Virus record (IMG/VR): IMGVR_UViG_3300011116_001234 | Coordinates: 2,212 to 66,211 of that record | Origin: a virus | Lineage: Duplodnaviria > Caudoviricetes | Strand: one strand, 5' to 3' | DNA: 64,000 bases | Shown: piece by piece, positions 7,292 through 17,129 of the stretch | Numbering within the stretch: the first letter of the stretch is position 1 | Layout of the letters: each line of letters starts with the position of its first letter | Made by a program: the position numbers and the translations under genes | The notes under the pieces: generated by a model | What the model was told of the DNA's origin: nothing | The model's database searches: none | What the model saw: the letters and a program-made list of their open reading frames with translations, nothing else

Positions 7292-10200
7292 TCAATCAAT
7301 TTTATAGATCTTGTTTTGATATGCAGAAAATCCAAAATCGCTTTTATCAAACAAGCCTACGACAACATCATTTTGTGTGAGATTTACTTCACCTTTCCAT
7401 CCCCAGATAAAGCATGTGATTTCTTTGTTTGCTTCTGCGAACAAACGAAGCTTCATGTATGTTTTGCCTGTCTTGGTTTTGGCTAGACCAGCAGAAGCAA
7501 CGATGCCCCAATAGTTTCCTTTTTCACTCCAGTTATCGATTGATTCAAATCCAAGATCATCAAGTTTCTCACGGGATTCTTTTGACAGAAGAAGATCAAA
7601 ATCAACTGAACCTGCAAGTTCTTTTGTAAACTCCATTTTCTCTGCCTTGGTCCAATCTTCCATCTCTTGAACTGCGGCAATCGCTGCTTCTAGTTCTACG
7701 GTGATATGATTATTCTTCTTGCGTGAAGTGATACGCTTGAACAAATCGTTTTTCTCTACAAGTACCGAATATGCTTGCTTGTAGTTCTTGAATACCTTGC
7801 CTTCACCAACAATATCCATTGAACCAAGTGCTTCTAGTTTAATCAAAGTTGTTAGAGCACTCTTGTTAAACTTGCTGTGACGCCATGTGCCATCTGGATT
7901 AACCAACAAATCCTTCACCGAATTATATGGACGAAATTGTTGAATTTCCGAAACTGCTGTTTTACCAACATGAGCGAGCGAAGAGAAGCTGGGCACAAGA
8001 GTTTGTGGTTTGGTTGGATGAACCACGATCTCATATTCAGACACGTTAATGTCTGGCTTGGTCAACTCATATCCAAGTGCTTTTGCTTCCTTGATTGCAA
8101 TAGCCTTGGGATCTTCCTTGCCTGTTACTTTGCCCTTAGAGATTGCACAATAATCAATATATGTTGCAATCCATTCATCTGGATAATAAGTCAAGAACCA
8201 AGCGCATTGCCATGTTGTGATTGCGTAGCAAACAGCGTGAGACTTGTTGAACGAATAAGCAACAAGCTTTTCCATTTCATCAAAGATATCGCCGCAATCT
8301 TCTGCATCAATGTTGTTGGTTTTAGCGCAAGCATCAATAAAGCTCTGACGAAGTTTGTTACGCTCTGCTTGTGCCTTTTCCTTATTGTTGATTTCCTTCT
8401 TGGTGAATGCTTTACGGATACCGTCTGTGTCTTCAAGAGGAACACCAGCAAGCTTATGGTAAATCATTTGAAGCTGCTCTTGGAACACAAGAAGTCCAGA
8501 AGTTTCTGAGAACACTTCACGAAGCAGTGGATGCTTGTAAATTACATCTTCTGGATTTGAACGGTTATTCAAGAACCGTTGATCTACCTTGAGAGACAGA
8601 GGGCCGGGACGGAAGATAGAAGTTGCAACTGCAATATCTGTCACCGACGCTGGCTTCATTTGACGCATAAAGTTTTGAGTTTTGTCGTTGATGAACTGGA
8701 AGATACCTGTGTAGTTCCCATTCCAGAAAACATTCTCAAAAACTTTTGAATCAGTCATTGGGTTGTTGTCTGGATGTAGGTTATCCCAGAACCATTGCTT
8801 GATTTGTTTGAATGTTGGATGCTTAACGCCTTGCTTTTGCAAGATACGTCGCACACAGTTTTCAAACATACGAAGTGTACCAAGACCAAGAATATCGAAC
8901 TTGAGTAGACCAAACTCTTCAAGGTGACGGAAGTTTACACCTTCTGGCCAAGGAGTTTGTAGCTCACCACCTGCCTTGATAAGAGGCATACCTTCACGGC
9001 TGTTCTCTGTGATGATAACACCCCCAGCGTGCCGTGACAATCCACGCATTTGCTTGAATAACACCTTAATGGTGTTTTGGAATTCTGGATATTTCTCCAT
9101 TAGATCTTGGAACGTAGGAGAATCATTCATAGCATCTTCGAAAGTTAGCACCCATGTACCACGGTCAAACCCTGGCACAGCTTTTGCTACATCAAGCACT
9201 TCCTTTTCAATCTTACCTGTTGCAGCGTTGATTTCTTCGAATGGAAGGTTGTGTAGACGAGCAACGTCTTTGATAAGAGAACGAAGCTGGAGTTGTGCAA
9301 AGTTTGTTACAGGAATAACGTTTTCTGAACCGAAGAACTCAATGAGAAGTTTTACTGCACGATCACGGTCAGAGAAGTCAGAATCAATATCGGGAAATGA
9401 TTTTTTAGACTTAACCAAAAAACGCTCGAAAAGAAGACCAAAGCGAATAGGGTCAACCTGTGTGATGTTCAACACATAGGACAGTAGAGAACCAGCAGCA
9501 GAACCACGGCCATTCCCGATAAGCATGTGTTGCCCAGCAATATCCATGATTTTGTGATAAGTCAAGAAATACTTGGCAAAACGAAGATGCTTGATTGTTT
9601 CTAGTTCATACTTGAGACGATTTACATAAACGTCATCGGTGTTTCGATTAAGTTTACGAAGACCGTCGATAGCAAGACGCACAAGCTGCTTGAAGGCTAC
9701 ATCATCTTCAGACATGCCCGTAGAAGCCTCTAGGAGTTTATCTAGGGCATTCTTTTCAATTAGACGACCGATACCGGGAAGCTTCACAGAGCGGTCAATA
9801 GAAACGTCACCAATAAGGTTGTGAGCGATATCGTAACTTAGTTCGATAGCATCACAAATTTGTTGATCGTCATAAAATGGATATTGTTCTTTGAGTTTTG
9901 TATATTCAGACCAAATTTGATCTGCGTTTTTTGGATAGAGTTCGCACTTAAGTTCATCTACAACTTTAGGAAGAGTTTCTGGATCAATTGTTCCCTTGGT
10001 TTTAGAAGACCAAGCCATAGCCTTATAGATCTCACGTTCACGCCAATGATTTGGGTTAGAGTAGTGAGAATCAACAGTCATAACGAGTTTTAGACCTGTA
10101 CGTTTTGAAAGCTCAATAAGATGATAATTGACAAGGTGTTGAGGTCCAAGTCGATTCATCTGTAGTTCAAGATAATAGTTCTCTGGTCCACCAAGAGCAT

Positions 10201-10963
10201 CAACGAAACGATCCGTTACAGTTTTTAGTTCTGTTTGGATTTTTTCCATGTTGTAGTTGGTAACCTTCCAAGTACGCCATTCAACGTTTGGATCTTGGTT
10301 ATCAAACACAACCTTAGCAAGACGACCACCAATACAAGCCGAAGAAGCAATAATGTTGCCTTTCGCATGACGTTTGAGAATGTCAAAGTCAATACGTGGA
10401 TATCGATAAAAGCCATCAATATAGCTTTCTGATACCATCTGAAAGATGCTCTTTAGTCCAGTGTTGTTTTTGGGTAGAAGAACAAGGTGATTGCGTTGTT
10501 TGATTGGGTCATCAAACTTGTTTTCACGTTTTGTTTCGCTTTCAAGTTCTACAACGGTTCCACCCGCTTCATCTTCTGATACTTCTTTACCGTGTTTAGC
10601 ATCCATATCAGTTTCTGCATCAGCAAGTTCGTTGCCAATAGAAGCCATGGTTGTTTGAAGTTGTTTATTAGCTTTTTGAACTTGAACAAGCTTACTCCAA
10701 TCGGAGAGAGAATCAATGAAATAAGCTTCAACACCGGGAATAGCCTTGAACTTTACCCCCTTGCTTTCAAGTTTCTTTAGATGAAGCTGCTGGTGAGAGA
10801 TACCAGCCATGCTACCATGATCAGTGAGAGCAAGACCATCCATGTTGTTTGATAGGGCATAGTCAATATGCTCTTGTGGAAGCCCAATAGCATCTCCAAT
10901 AGATCCTACTGTGCTGTGTGCGTGAAGTCCTACGAAACGAGTTGGTTTAATGTTCATAGCCAT
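7292..10963 (-). CDS. dnaE: DNA polymerase III alpha subunit
   Basis: PHP LHAHS/TDHG, GRGSAAGS, PDIDSDF, KFDILGL, YSFNKSH. Confidence 0.97.
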   Translation of the reverse strand: MAMNIKPTRFVGLHAHSTVGSIGDAIGLPQEHIDYALSNNMDGLALTDHGSMAGISHQQLHLKKLESKGVKFKAIPGVEAYFIDSLSDWSKLVQVQKANKQLQTTMASIGNELADAETDMDAKHGKEVSEDEAGGTVVELESETKRENKFDDPIKQRNHLVLLPKNNTGLKSIFQMVSESYIDGFYRYPRIDFDILKRHAKGNIIASSACIGGRLAKVVFDNQDPNVEWRTWKVTNYNMEKIQTELKTVTDRFVDALGGPENYYLELQMNRLGPQHLVNYHLIELSKRTGLKLVMTVDSHYSNPNHWREREIYKAMAWSSKTKGTIDPETLPKVVDELKCELYPKNADQIWSEYTKLKEQYPFYDDQQICDAIELSYDIAHNLIGDVSIDRSVKLPGIGRLIEKNALDKLLEASTGMSEDDVAFKQLVRLAIDGLRKLNRNTDDVYVNRLKYELETIKHLRFAKYFLTYHKIMDIAGQHMLIGNGRGSAAGSLLSYVLNITQVDPIRFGLLFERFLVKSKKSFPDIDSDFSDRDRAVKLLIEFFGSENVIPVTNFAQLQLRSLIKDVARLHNLPFEEINAATGKIEKEVLDVAKAVPGFDRGTWVLTFEDAMNDSPTFQDLMEKYPEFQNTIKVLFKQMRGLSRHAGGVIITENSREGMPLIKAGGELQTPWPEGVNFRHLEEFGLLKFDILGLGTLRMFENCVRRILQKQGVKHPTFKQIKQWFWDNLHPDNNPMTDSKVFENVFWNGNYTGIFQFINDKTQNFMRQMKPASVTDIAVATSIFRPGPLSLKVDQRFLNNRSNPEDVIYKHPLLREVFSETSGLLVFQEQLQMIYHKLAGVPLEDTDGIRKAFTKKEINNKEKAQAERNKLRQSFIDACAKTNNIDAEDCGDIFDEMEKLVAYSFNKSHAVCYAITTWQCAWFLTYYPDEWIATYIDYCAISKGKVTGKEDPKAIAIKEAKALGYELTKPDINVSEYEIVVHPTKPQTLVPSFSSLAHVGKTAVSEIQQFRPYNSVKDLLVNPDGTWRHSKFNKSALTTLIKLEALGSMDIVGEGKVFKNYKQAYSVLVEKNDLFKRITSRKKNNHITVELEAAIAAVQEMEDWTKAEKMEFTKELAGSVDFDLLLSKESREKLDDLGFESIDNWSEKGNYWGIVASAGLAKTKTGKTYMKLRLFAEANKEITCFIWGWKGEVNLTQNDVVVGLFDKSDFGFSAYQNKIYKID

Positions 10964-11033
10964 AGTTTAGCACTATTTTATTCTTTTTTAAAGCCATACT
11001 TAGAAAATGGAAGATAACCAATAAGAGAGAGCT

Positions 11034-11783
11034 ATGTTGAAACTATATCCAATTCTTTTTGAAGCAATTGTTGAGCCAAAAAGAAAGAATCCAAAAGATA
11101 CTTCTCAACTTGGTATTCAGCTTGATAAAGGTATTGATAATATCAAAGCTGTTTATAACGAAGCTGAACCAGAAGAAAAAGATTATTGGGGTCGTTGGTA
11201 TCACAATGCCAAGCAAGATGTTCAAGAACTTGCTGACAAGTATGGAATAAACTTTCCTGTTATGGCAGCAGTAACCGCTGTTCTATCACCAGGAAATAAA
11301 TGGGTTGGAAACTTGTTGGCAGCAGAAAGAGTTGCAAAAAAGTTTAAAGATCCTTCTCTGCAAATAAAGATTAATTCTTATCCAATAAACAGTAACAAGG
11401 CACTTCAAATACTTCAAACAGGAGATCTTGGACTTGTAACAGGACCAAAGGTTTCTGTGTTTTTTAAGAGCCTTGTAGACCCAGATTCTGTTGCTCATGA
11501 TCTTGTGTTAGATTCACATGCAATTAATATCTGGAGAGGTATCAAAAGAAACATTAAGCAAACAGAAAAGCCATCAATCGAAACAAGACAAAAGATGGTA
11601 AATGATTATAAAGCAGCAGCTTCAGAACTTGGGATTTCTGTTCAATCTCTTCAAGCTGTTACATGGTATATCTGGAAGTATACAACAAATCCACCAATTG
11701 TGCCAGATGTAACATTGCCTGTTGAAACTAAACCAACACGTAAAGTTAAAGTATCATCTATTGATCAAACTACGGGCGGGTGA
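11034..11783 (+). CDS. Tagged phage protein, possibly DNA glycosylase-like fold
   Basis: MLKLYPILFE; WY, AVLSP, GPKV, DSHA, QAVTW motifs; function uncertain. Confidence 0.65.
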   Translation: MLKLYPILFEAIVEPKRKNPKDTSQLGIQLDKGIDNIKAVYNEAEPEEKDYWGRWYHNAKQDVQELADKYGINFPVMAAVTAVLSPGNKWVGNLLAAERVAKKFKDPSLQIKINSYPINSNKALQILQTGDLGLVTGPKVSVFFKSLVDPDSVAHDLVLDSHAINIWRGIKRNIKQTEKPSIETRQKMVNDYKAAASELGISVQSLQAVTWYIWKYTTNPPIVPDVTLPVETKPTRKVKVSSIDQTTGG

Positions 11784-11924
11784 TGGTTGTGCGAAGCAAT
11801 TTGCTTCTTTAGATCTTTTATCTCAGCTTCAAGTTTTTTAACTTCTGTTCGCAAAGCTCGGATTTCTTCCAAGATCACTCTAAGATAATCGTTTTGTTGT
11901 TTGTCGTTACGTGATAATGACATG

Positions 11925-12524
11925 TTATTCTTCCATATTCTTTAGTTGGTTTGCTGAAAACAGCTTCTTGAAAGTCTTTTTGACAATAACTTTAAGATTC
12001 ATTTTTGCTGCATATTGGCTGCTTCCATCATCCCATGCAACACGAATCATTTGGGATTCTACGTTATCGTGCCAAACTGTACCTTTGTATGTAATTCCAC
12101 AAAACTCAGCTTGTACACGTTGACCGGGAAGAAAGATAGGCCATGGTGGAATCCAGTTTGGATCTTTTACTTTGCTTGTAAAATCTGTTCGATATTCTGG
12201 GACGATCTTTTCATCATTTTCGTCATATTCAACAGGTGCGGCTGTTGGAATAGAACCCGATGCCGCCGCCTTTTGACGTTCAATTAGTTCTTTACGCAAA
12301 GCAGTTTCTGCTTCACGCTTTTCACGGGCACGAATTGCCAGCTCTGCATTTGATGGACGGCCACGCTTCTTTGGTGGAGCGGCCTCCACAACTCCCTTTT
12401 TCTTGTCTTTTGCAGTTGTCTTCTTTGGTTGTTTTGCAGCCTTTTTTTCTTCCTTTGGTTGCTTTTTTGCAGCCTTGGGTTGAGATTCGGACGCCATAGA
12501 GAACAGTTTAACAAATTTCTTCAT
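11925..12524 (-). CDS. Lys-rich AT-hook protein with SH3-like C terminus
   Basis: KKRGRPS; leaderless promoter TTTATT-17-TAAAAT. Confidence 0.7.
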   Translation of the reverse strand: MKKFVKLFSMASESQPKAAKKQPKEEKKAAKQPKKTTAKDKKKGVVEAAPPKKRGRPSNAELAIRAREKREAETALRKELIERQKAAASGSIPTAAPVEYDENDEKIVPEYRTDFTSKVKDPNWIPPWPIFLPGQRVQAEFCGITYKGTVWHDNVESQMIRVAWDDGSSQYAAKMNLKVIVKKTFKKLFSANQLKNMEE

Positions 12525-12599
12525 ATGTATGATTTTAGCAGATCGACAAAATAAAATAAAGATTTTAAAACCTAGTTATGCGGAGGAGTTATTAGAACT

Positions 12600-13139
12600 A
12601 TGAAAATTTCCGTTGTTGCACTTAAACAATTAATTCGTGAATCTCTTAAAGAAATGGGTATGAAAGAGATGAGCGAAGAACAAAGAAAAGCAATGCTTGC
12701 TAGCGAATATAGCGACGTATACAAGGAAAAAAATGGTATTCGTCCACGTTGGTTAAACTGGAAAGAAATGAGCGTTGAAGAGCTTGAACGTAAGTTGGAA
12801 GACATTCATGCAGAACCTGATATGATGGATGACGATTATTCTGATGAAAAAATGGATGCTGAATATGAAGAACTAGCTAAACGTAACAGAGAAGCTGATG
12901 AAGAAGCATCAGAACTAAAAAGAATGCAAGAACCAGAAGAAGGCGAAGAACATCCAAAACATCTAGGCATGGGTCATCATCTTCATGAAACAATCAAACT
13001 AATGGTTTCAGAAGTTTTGGAAGAAGCAAAGGCAAAAAAGTACAAAGGCAAGTCAATGCGTAAAGGTGGCGGTGATCGTTTTGCCAAGCTCGACGATAAA
13101 CTAAAAGCTTCTGGTAAAAAGCGTGCAGCTAAAAAGTGA
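12600..13139 (+). CDS. Hypothetical protein with LKQLIRE tag
   Basis: CTAGTTA motif and GGAGG upstream, terminator downstream. Confidence 0.8.
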   Translation: MKISVVALKQLIRESLKEMGMKEMSEEQRKAMLASEYSDVYKEKNGIRPRWLNWKEMSVEELERKLEDIHAEPDMMDDDYSDEKMDAEYEELAKRNREADEEASELKRMQEPEEGEEHPKHLGMGHHLHETIKLMVSEVLEEAKAKKYKGKSMRKGGGDRFAKLDDKLKASGKKRAAKK

Positions 13140-13164
13140 ATAAGAACGAAATACGATAGAAAAG

Positions 13165-13190
13165 AAAAAAGGGGCGAAAGCCCCTTTTTT
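13165..13190. terminator. Bidirectional intrinsic terminator
   Basis: A6-GGGGC-GAAA-GCCCC-T6 between convergent genes. Confidence 0.9.
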
Positions 13191-13717
13191 CATTTATGCC
13201 CATGATTATGGTTTGATTGATTAGAGTTCACGTATTCCATAATTTCTTTGTATGTGATTTCGTGCGGATTCTTTTCTTCGTCTAAAGGCATTTGATTTGG
13301 TTTTGTGCCAAAAAACAGTTTGTAATAGTATTGATACCAAACTTCTATCATTTCTGATGGAAGTGGATTTCCATGAAGCCTACGACGGTTCACAGCCTGT
13401 CTGACTGTTTTTGCAAAATAAAACATTTGGGAGTTTTTGGAAAAAGTCAACCAGTTTTCAGGTACTTCGTTTTTAGAATCTTTTCTGATGGTATCCAACT
13501 CTGGATCATGTCTACCAGTGTATCGATGTTGATGCTCTGGATCGTTTCTGTGTTTGTAATCGGTTATACTTCTCCAGAATTCACGACCTTGTTCTGTAGG
13601 TTTATAAAATTGACTACCAAGATAATCCAAACTTGTTGTTGGATCTTTGACAACTGGGATCATCGCTTCCGATAAAGCTTGTTTAATGATTGTTTTTAAT
13701 AGTTTTTGTGATGACAT
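13190..13717 (-). CDS. Hypothetical protein with LLKTIIKQ tag
   Basis: CTATTTA motif before ATG at 13717. Confidence 0.7.
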   Translation of the reverse strand: MSSQKLLKTIIKQALSEAMIPVVKDPTTSLDYLGSQFYKPTEQGREFWRSITDYKHRNDPEHQHRYTGRHDPELDTIRKDSKNEVPENWLTFSKNSQMFYFAKTVRQAVNRRRLHGNPLPSEMIEVWYQYYYKLFFGTKPNQMPLDEEKNPHEITYKEIMEYVNSNQSNHNHGHK

Positions 13718-13754
13718 GTTGGTGATAAATAGACCAAGAATTTCTTTTGTAAGC

Positions 13755-13793
13755 AAAAGAAAAAGGAGGCTATAAACCTCCTTTTTCTCTTTT
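13755..13793 (-). terminator. Intrinsic terminator
   Basis: AAAAAGGAGG...CCTCCTTTTT. Confidence 0.75.
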
Positions 13794-13828
13794 AAATTAT
13801 CGTTTTGATCTGATCAAAGAACTAATGA

Positions 13829-14077
13829 TTAAGCCGCTCCGCAGTTGCAAGCGTGCCAATCTTGCCACCAAAGGCAATCATCTGGGTGAACTTCTGCTTC
13901 TTGTTCAAATGCAGCTTGATTATCTGATTTGAGTTGATCTAGATAACTTTTTTCAACTTGATGATAAACTATAGCGTTCCATGGTCCAACCTTTGTTGAA
14001 GACAATCCAAAAATAATTTTTTCATTTGTTTCCATTGATATCCTCTTCATCGAGCGTCTTTTGCCCAATCGCCCCAA
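13829..14077 (-). CDS. Hypothetical protein
   Basis: ORF downstream of RNA ligase; start uncertain. Confidence 0.45.
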   Translation of the reverse strand: MGRLGKRRSMKRISMETNEKIIFGLSSTKVGPWNAIVYHQVEKSYLDQLKSDNQAAFEQEAEVHPDDCLWWQDWHACNCGAA

Positions 14078-14220
14078 ACCTTAAGCAGCTCTTCAGCCTT
14101 GGTTCGATGCTCCATGTAAGTTTCCCACACAACATCAGCTTGCTCTTTATTGGTAATCCCATTCCCTTCTAGTTGTAGCTCAATCAAATCTAGCTTTTCT
14201 TTCATGTTGTTCTCCTTTTA

Positions 14221-15291
14221 TCATTTCATGCAAAGATATCTGTCAGACACGTACTTCAATGCTACTCGACCATGCCGAGAATCAAAACGTTCACCATGTT
14301 CCAGTTTTACAACAATACCTTCCCGAACTTTTTGACCGGGATAAATGCTATCGTCTTCAGCAATCACTTCTAGGAGAATACCGTTGAGAGGGCCACGATA
14401 GAGAACATGAACAGTCTCAAGAAGACCATCAGAATATACAGGGTTATCAAACAACTCAGCGTTGTCAACCCACTTGCCATGATCCAAAATGTCAAAGGCC
14501 GCAAATCCGTATTGGCCTTGAGTTTTTCCATAATGGAAGTCGATTCCTTGGACGTTGGGTCCATATACTTCACCATAAATAGCCATGTTGGGATGATTTC
14601 TGCACCATTCCTCAATCCAAGGATTCTGAGATAGTGCAGTCCACCAAGCACACTCTGGAGCCGTAATGGTCTTCGTTACTTCGATACCATTCTCGTCAGT
14701 ATAGGTCACATCCTTTATATGGGTTCCCGGCTTCATCTTCCATGTGGTACGTGAACCACAATGCATCTCACCATCATGATAAACATAACGAGCATTCGTA
14801 CCGTGAACCTTTTCAGTAAGAATCACACGCTCATCCTCATTAAACAGTTTGTGAAACTTACGGAAGTTTTCAAGATCATAGTGCGGCACGGTAATGTCTG
14901 GACCCTTTGCTTGCACTCCAGAAGCCATCCCAGAGCCTTTTGGAGCGGGTGGTTCCCATCGTTCAACACCAAGTAGCTCCATGACATTATCGCCCTCTAC
15001 AGAGCCTTCTGGAGCCGGGATAAGCAATCCATATGAAGGTTCGCCACGGAACCGACGCATGGTAATACGTTGCCATTCCTTGCCCTTGCCATCGTCAAGA
15101 AAACGAAACTCATTACGAGTGATGTTTACCTTGTAATCTGGCTCGACATAGGCCATGAGCTGACCAACTTTGTGTGCTCCTTTGCGGATAACACATTGGT
15201 AGCCCCATACGTTTGTGAGTTCTAGCGCATCAGCATTGGGATGTGGCAGGATAGATTCGATGCGAATAACTTTTACTTCGTGTGTGCTCAT
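14221..15291 (-). CDS. ATP-dependent RNA ligase, DRB0094-like
   Basis: N-terminal HPNADALE OB-like domain, EKVHGTN, YGEVYG, AFDI, REGIVVK. Confidence 0.9.
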   Translation of the reverse strand: MSTHEVKVIRIESILPHPNADALELTNVWGYQCVIRKGAHKVGQLMAYVEPDYKVNITRNEFRFLDDGKGKEWQRITMRRFRGEPSYGLLIPAPEGSVEGDNVMELLGVERWEPPAPKGSGMASGVQAKGPDITVPHYDLENFRKFHKLFNEDERVILTEKVHGTNARYVYHDGEMHCGSRTTWKMKPGTHIKDVTYTDENGIEVTKTITAPECAWWTALSQNPWIEEWCRNHPNMAIYGEVYGPNVQGIDFHYGKTQGQYGFAAFDILDHGKWVDNAELFDNPVYSDGLLETVHVLYRGPLNGILLEVIAEDDSIYPGQKVREGIVVKLEHGERFDSRHGRVALKYVSDRYLCMK

Positions 15292-15330
15292 GACAGTAGC
15301 ATATCACAAGCGAATCAAGAAGTAAAGGAT

Positions 15331-15534
15331 TTATCCAACTAGGTGTCTATCGTTTTTATATTCTTTTGCAGCTTCCCAGAGGAGTTTTAGAAGAGAATGA
15401 TTGCAATGCATGTAACAATCATAGAATAGAATCCAAAGAGGCCCATCTTCTTCACGGGAGATAATACCGGGATCTTCCTGAAACAATCGAAACCAAGGTG
15501 TGTTGATATCAAAATGTGGACGAGATTTTTTCAT
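15331..15534 (-). CDS. Hypothetical protein
   Basis: ORF in co-oriented run. Confidence 0.5.
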   Translation of the reverse strand: MKKSRPHFDINTPWFRLFQEDPGIISREEDGPLWILFYDCYMHCNHSLLKLLWEAAKEYKNDRHLVG

Positions 15535-15555
15535 GGATTTAATTTACTCAACAGG

Positions 15556-15759
15556 TTAGAGATTTGTTTTGCTATTGTTGTACGCTTGAATAGCTTCTGC
15601 ACTTAATTTTACAAAATAATCGGCTTCTGCTGAAATTGCAGGATATTTTAAAATTTCTCCCGCAATCATATAAGGTGTTGCTTCAATTATTGGAGAAACA
15701 GCTTCAACAAATCGAAGTGTGTAGTTGTTTCCATTTACAATATTGCGGTAGATATTCAT
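15556..15759 (-). CDS. Hypothetical protein
   Basis: ORF in co-oriented run. Confidence 0.55.
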   Translation of the reverse strand: MNIYRNIVNGNNYTLRFVEAVSPIIEATPYMIAGEILKYPAISAEADYFVKLSAEAIQAYNNSKTNL

Positions 15760-15762
15760 GAT

Positions 15763-15942
15763 TCATACCTTTTCAAACTTGTAGCTGTTTTTGATGTTTG
15801 TGTTGAAATAATCTTCTTTTGATTGTGCGTTAGCAAGTTCGTTGAACATAAACTTTGGAACGTTGTAATAGTTGAATGATTCGTTGTTTATAGTGACAAA
15901 CAATGTTTGTTGTTTGCGACCATATGATGCTTTGTTTACCAT
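15763..15942 (-). CDS. KTSC-like protein, 59 aa (not in ORF track)
   Basis: LFVTINNESFNYYNVP...LANAQSKEDYFNTNIK. Confidence 0.65.
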   Translation of the reverse strand: MVNKASYGRKQQTLFVTINNESFNYYNVPKFMFNELANAQSKEDYFNTNIKNSYKFEKV

Positions 15943-15988
15943 CGTATTATCCCTCTCAACTCAAACTGTAACACAACCTTACAAGTTA

Positions 15989-16645
15989 CTAAACGTATTT
16001 GATTTCAAACTTCAAAACCTTGTGTACGCCTTTTGCGTCGCCTGTAAAGCTGCTAAAAGAGATTGTGCAGTCTCCCTTGAGAAGCTCCGCTAAAGGGTAC
16101 TCAGAAAAAGCGTAGGAGAGTATTGGTTTAGCCATGGAAACTTCTTTACTATTTACAAGTTCATGAACTGAAATAACTTGCTCTGGATTGTTGTAATGAA
16201 TACGGAAGTGATGTGGTTGTCCATCATTCATCTTGCGGTGAACATACTTCTTTTCAACAACAGAGTTTTCTACACGAAGAACGATTTCGTTGCCGCTATC
16301 ATTTTCTAGATTCTTGTATGTGTCAAAATTGATAACCAATCCGTCTGGCACCAATCCATCTTGGCCGCTGAAGATAAGAGAGATTCCATCTCCTCCTCTT
16401 CCTTCAGCATCTTTTAAACCTTCTGAGCTTTCGATCTGGAATACAATGTCTGCTTTCCATGAACGGTCATGTAGGTCTATTGGAGACTTGAGTGTTGCTT
16501 TACCGCTTTGATGATAATCATCTGTGAGAACGATTTCATCTCCTTCAATGCGGGCAGCATCTTCAAGTTCTACATCTTGTTCAGAGAACTTTGGATATAT
16601 TTCTTTGTTGTTGAACTGTTCAAAAAGGATAGGATATAGTTTCAT
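15989..16645 (-). CDS. L-type (legume) lectin domain protein with MKLYPILFE tag
   Basis: GGDGISLIF, INFDTYKN, DGQPHHFRIHY, SFSSFTG. Confidence 0.8.
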   Translation of the reverse strand: MKLYPILFEQFNNKEIYPKFSEQDVELEDAARIEGDEIVLTDDYHQSGKATLKSPIDLHDRSWKADIVFQIESSEGLKDAEGRGGDGISLIFSGQDGLVPDGLVINFDTYKNLENDSGNEIVLRVENSVVEKKYVHRKMNDGQPHHFRIHYNNPEQVISVHELVNSKEVSMAKPILSYAFSEYPLAELLKGDCTISFSSFTGDAKGVHKVLKFEIKYV

Positions 16646-16658
16646 GAACCATAAATAG

Positions 16659-16690
16659 AAAAACTCCAGAAGATTTCTCCTCTGGAGTTC
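16659..16690 (-). terminator. Terminator of tRNA cluster
   Basis: GAAA-capped hairpin with T tract; nearly identical hairpin at 19350. Confidence 0.75.
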
Positions 16691-16698
16691 TAAAAGTG

Positions 16699-16772
16699 TA
16701 CCGACGATCAGAGTTGAATTGATGACATGGAGCTTATGAAACTCCCACTCTAACCAACTGAGTTACATCGAC
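16699..16772 (-). tRNA. tRNA CAT (Met or Ile2), degenerate
   Basis: Cloverleaf with TTCATAA loop; several G:U pairs and a T-stem mismatch. Confidence 0.7.
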
Positions 16773-16774
16773 AC

Positions 16775-16850
16775 TGGTGGGTCATGAAGGAGTTGAACCT
16801 TCGACCAAGAGATTAAGAGTCTCCTGCTCTGCCAACTGAGCTAATGACCC
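16775..16850 (-). tRNA. tRNA-Lys(CTT)
   Basis: Canonical cloverleaf, encoded CCA. Confidence 0.95.
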
Positions 16851-16856
16851 AAACTT

Positions 16857-16931
16857 TGGCTCCTTGAGCTGGGATCGAACCAGCGACAAAACGGTTAACA
16901 GCCGTTTGTTCTGCCTCTGAACTATCAAGGA
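16857..16931 (-). tRNA. tRNA-Asn(GTT)
   Basis: Canonical cloverleaf, encoded CCA. Confidence 0.95.
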
Positions 16932-16971
16932 ATACAATTTCTATATTGTCTGTTCTATCTTATTTGTTTAG

Positions 16972-17044
16972 TGGGTTGTACTGGGATCGAACCAGTGACC
17001 AAAAAGTTAAAAGCTTTTTGCTCTTCCAACTGAGCTAACAACCC
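16972..17044 (-). tRNA. tRNA-Lys(TTT)
   Basis: Canonical cloverleaf. Confidence 0.93.
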
Positions 17045-17052
17045 TTAGATAG

Positions 17053-17125
17053 TCTGCCCACCGAGACTTGAACTCGGACTCAAGCGATTATAAGTCGCAC
17101 GTTTTAACCATTAAACTATGGGCAG
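17053..17125 (-). tRNA. tRNA-Ile(TAT)
   Basis: CTGCCCA/TGGGCAG acceptor, CTTATAA loop. Confidence 0.88.
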
Positions 17126-17129
17126 TTAA

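Noticed and set aside
7292-10963. Intein in DnaE (or in terminase)
   Set aside because: No splicing motifs; lengths fit uninterrupted proteins.
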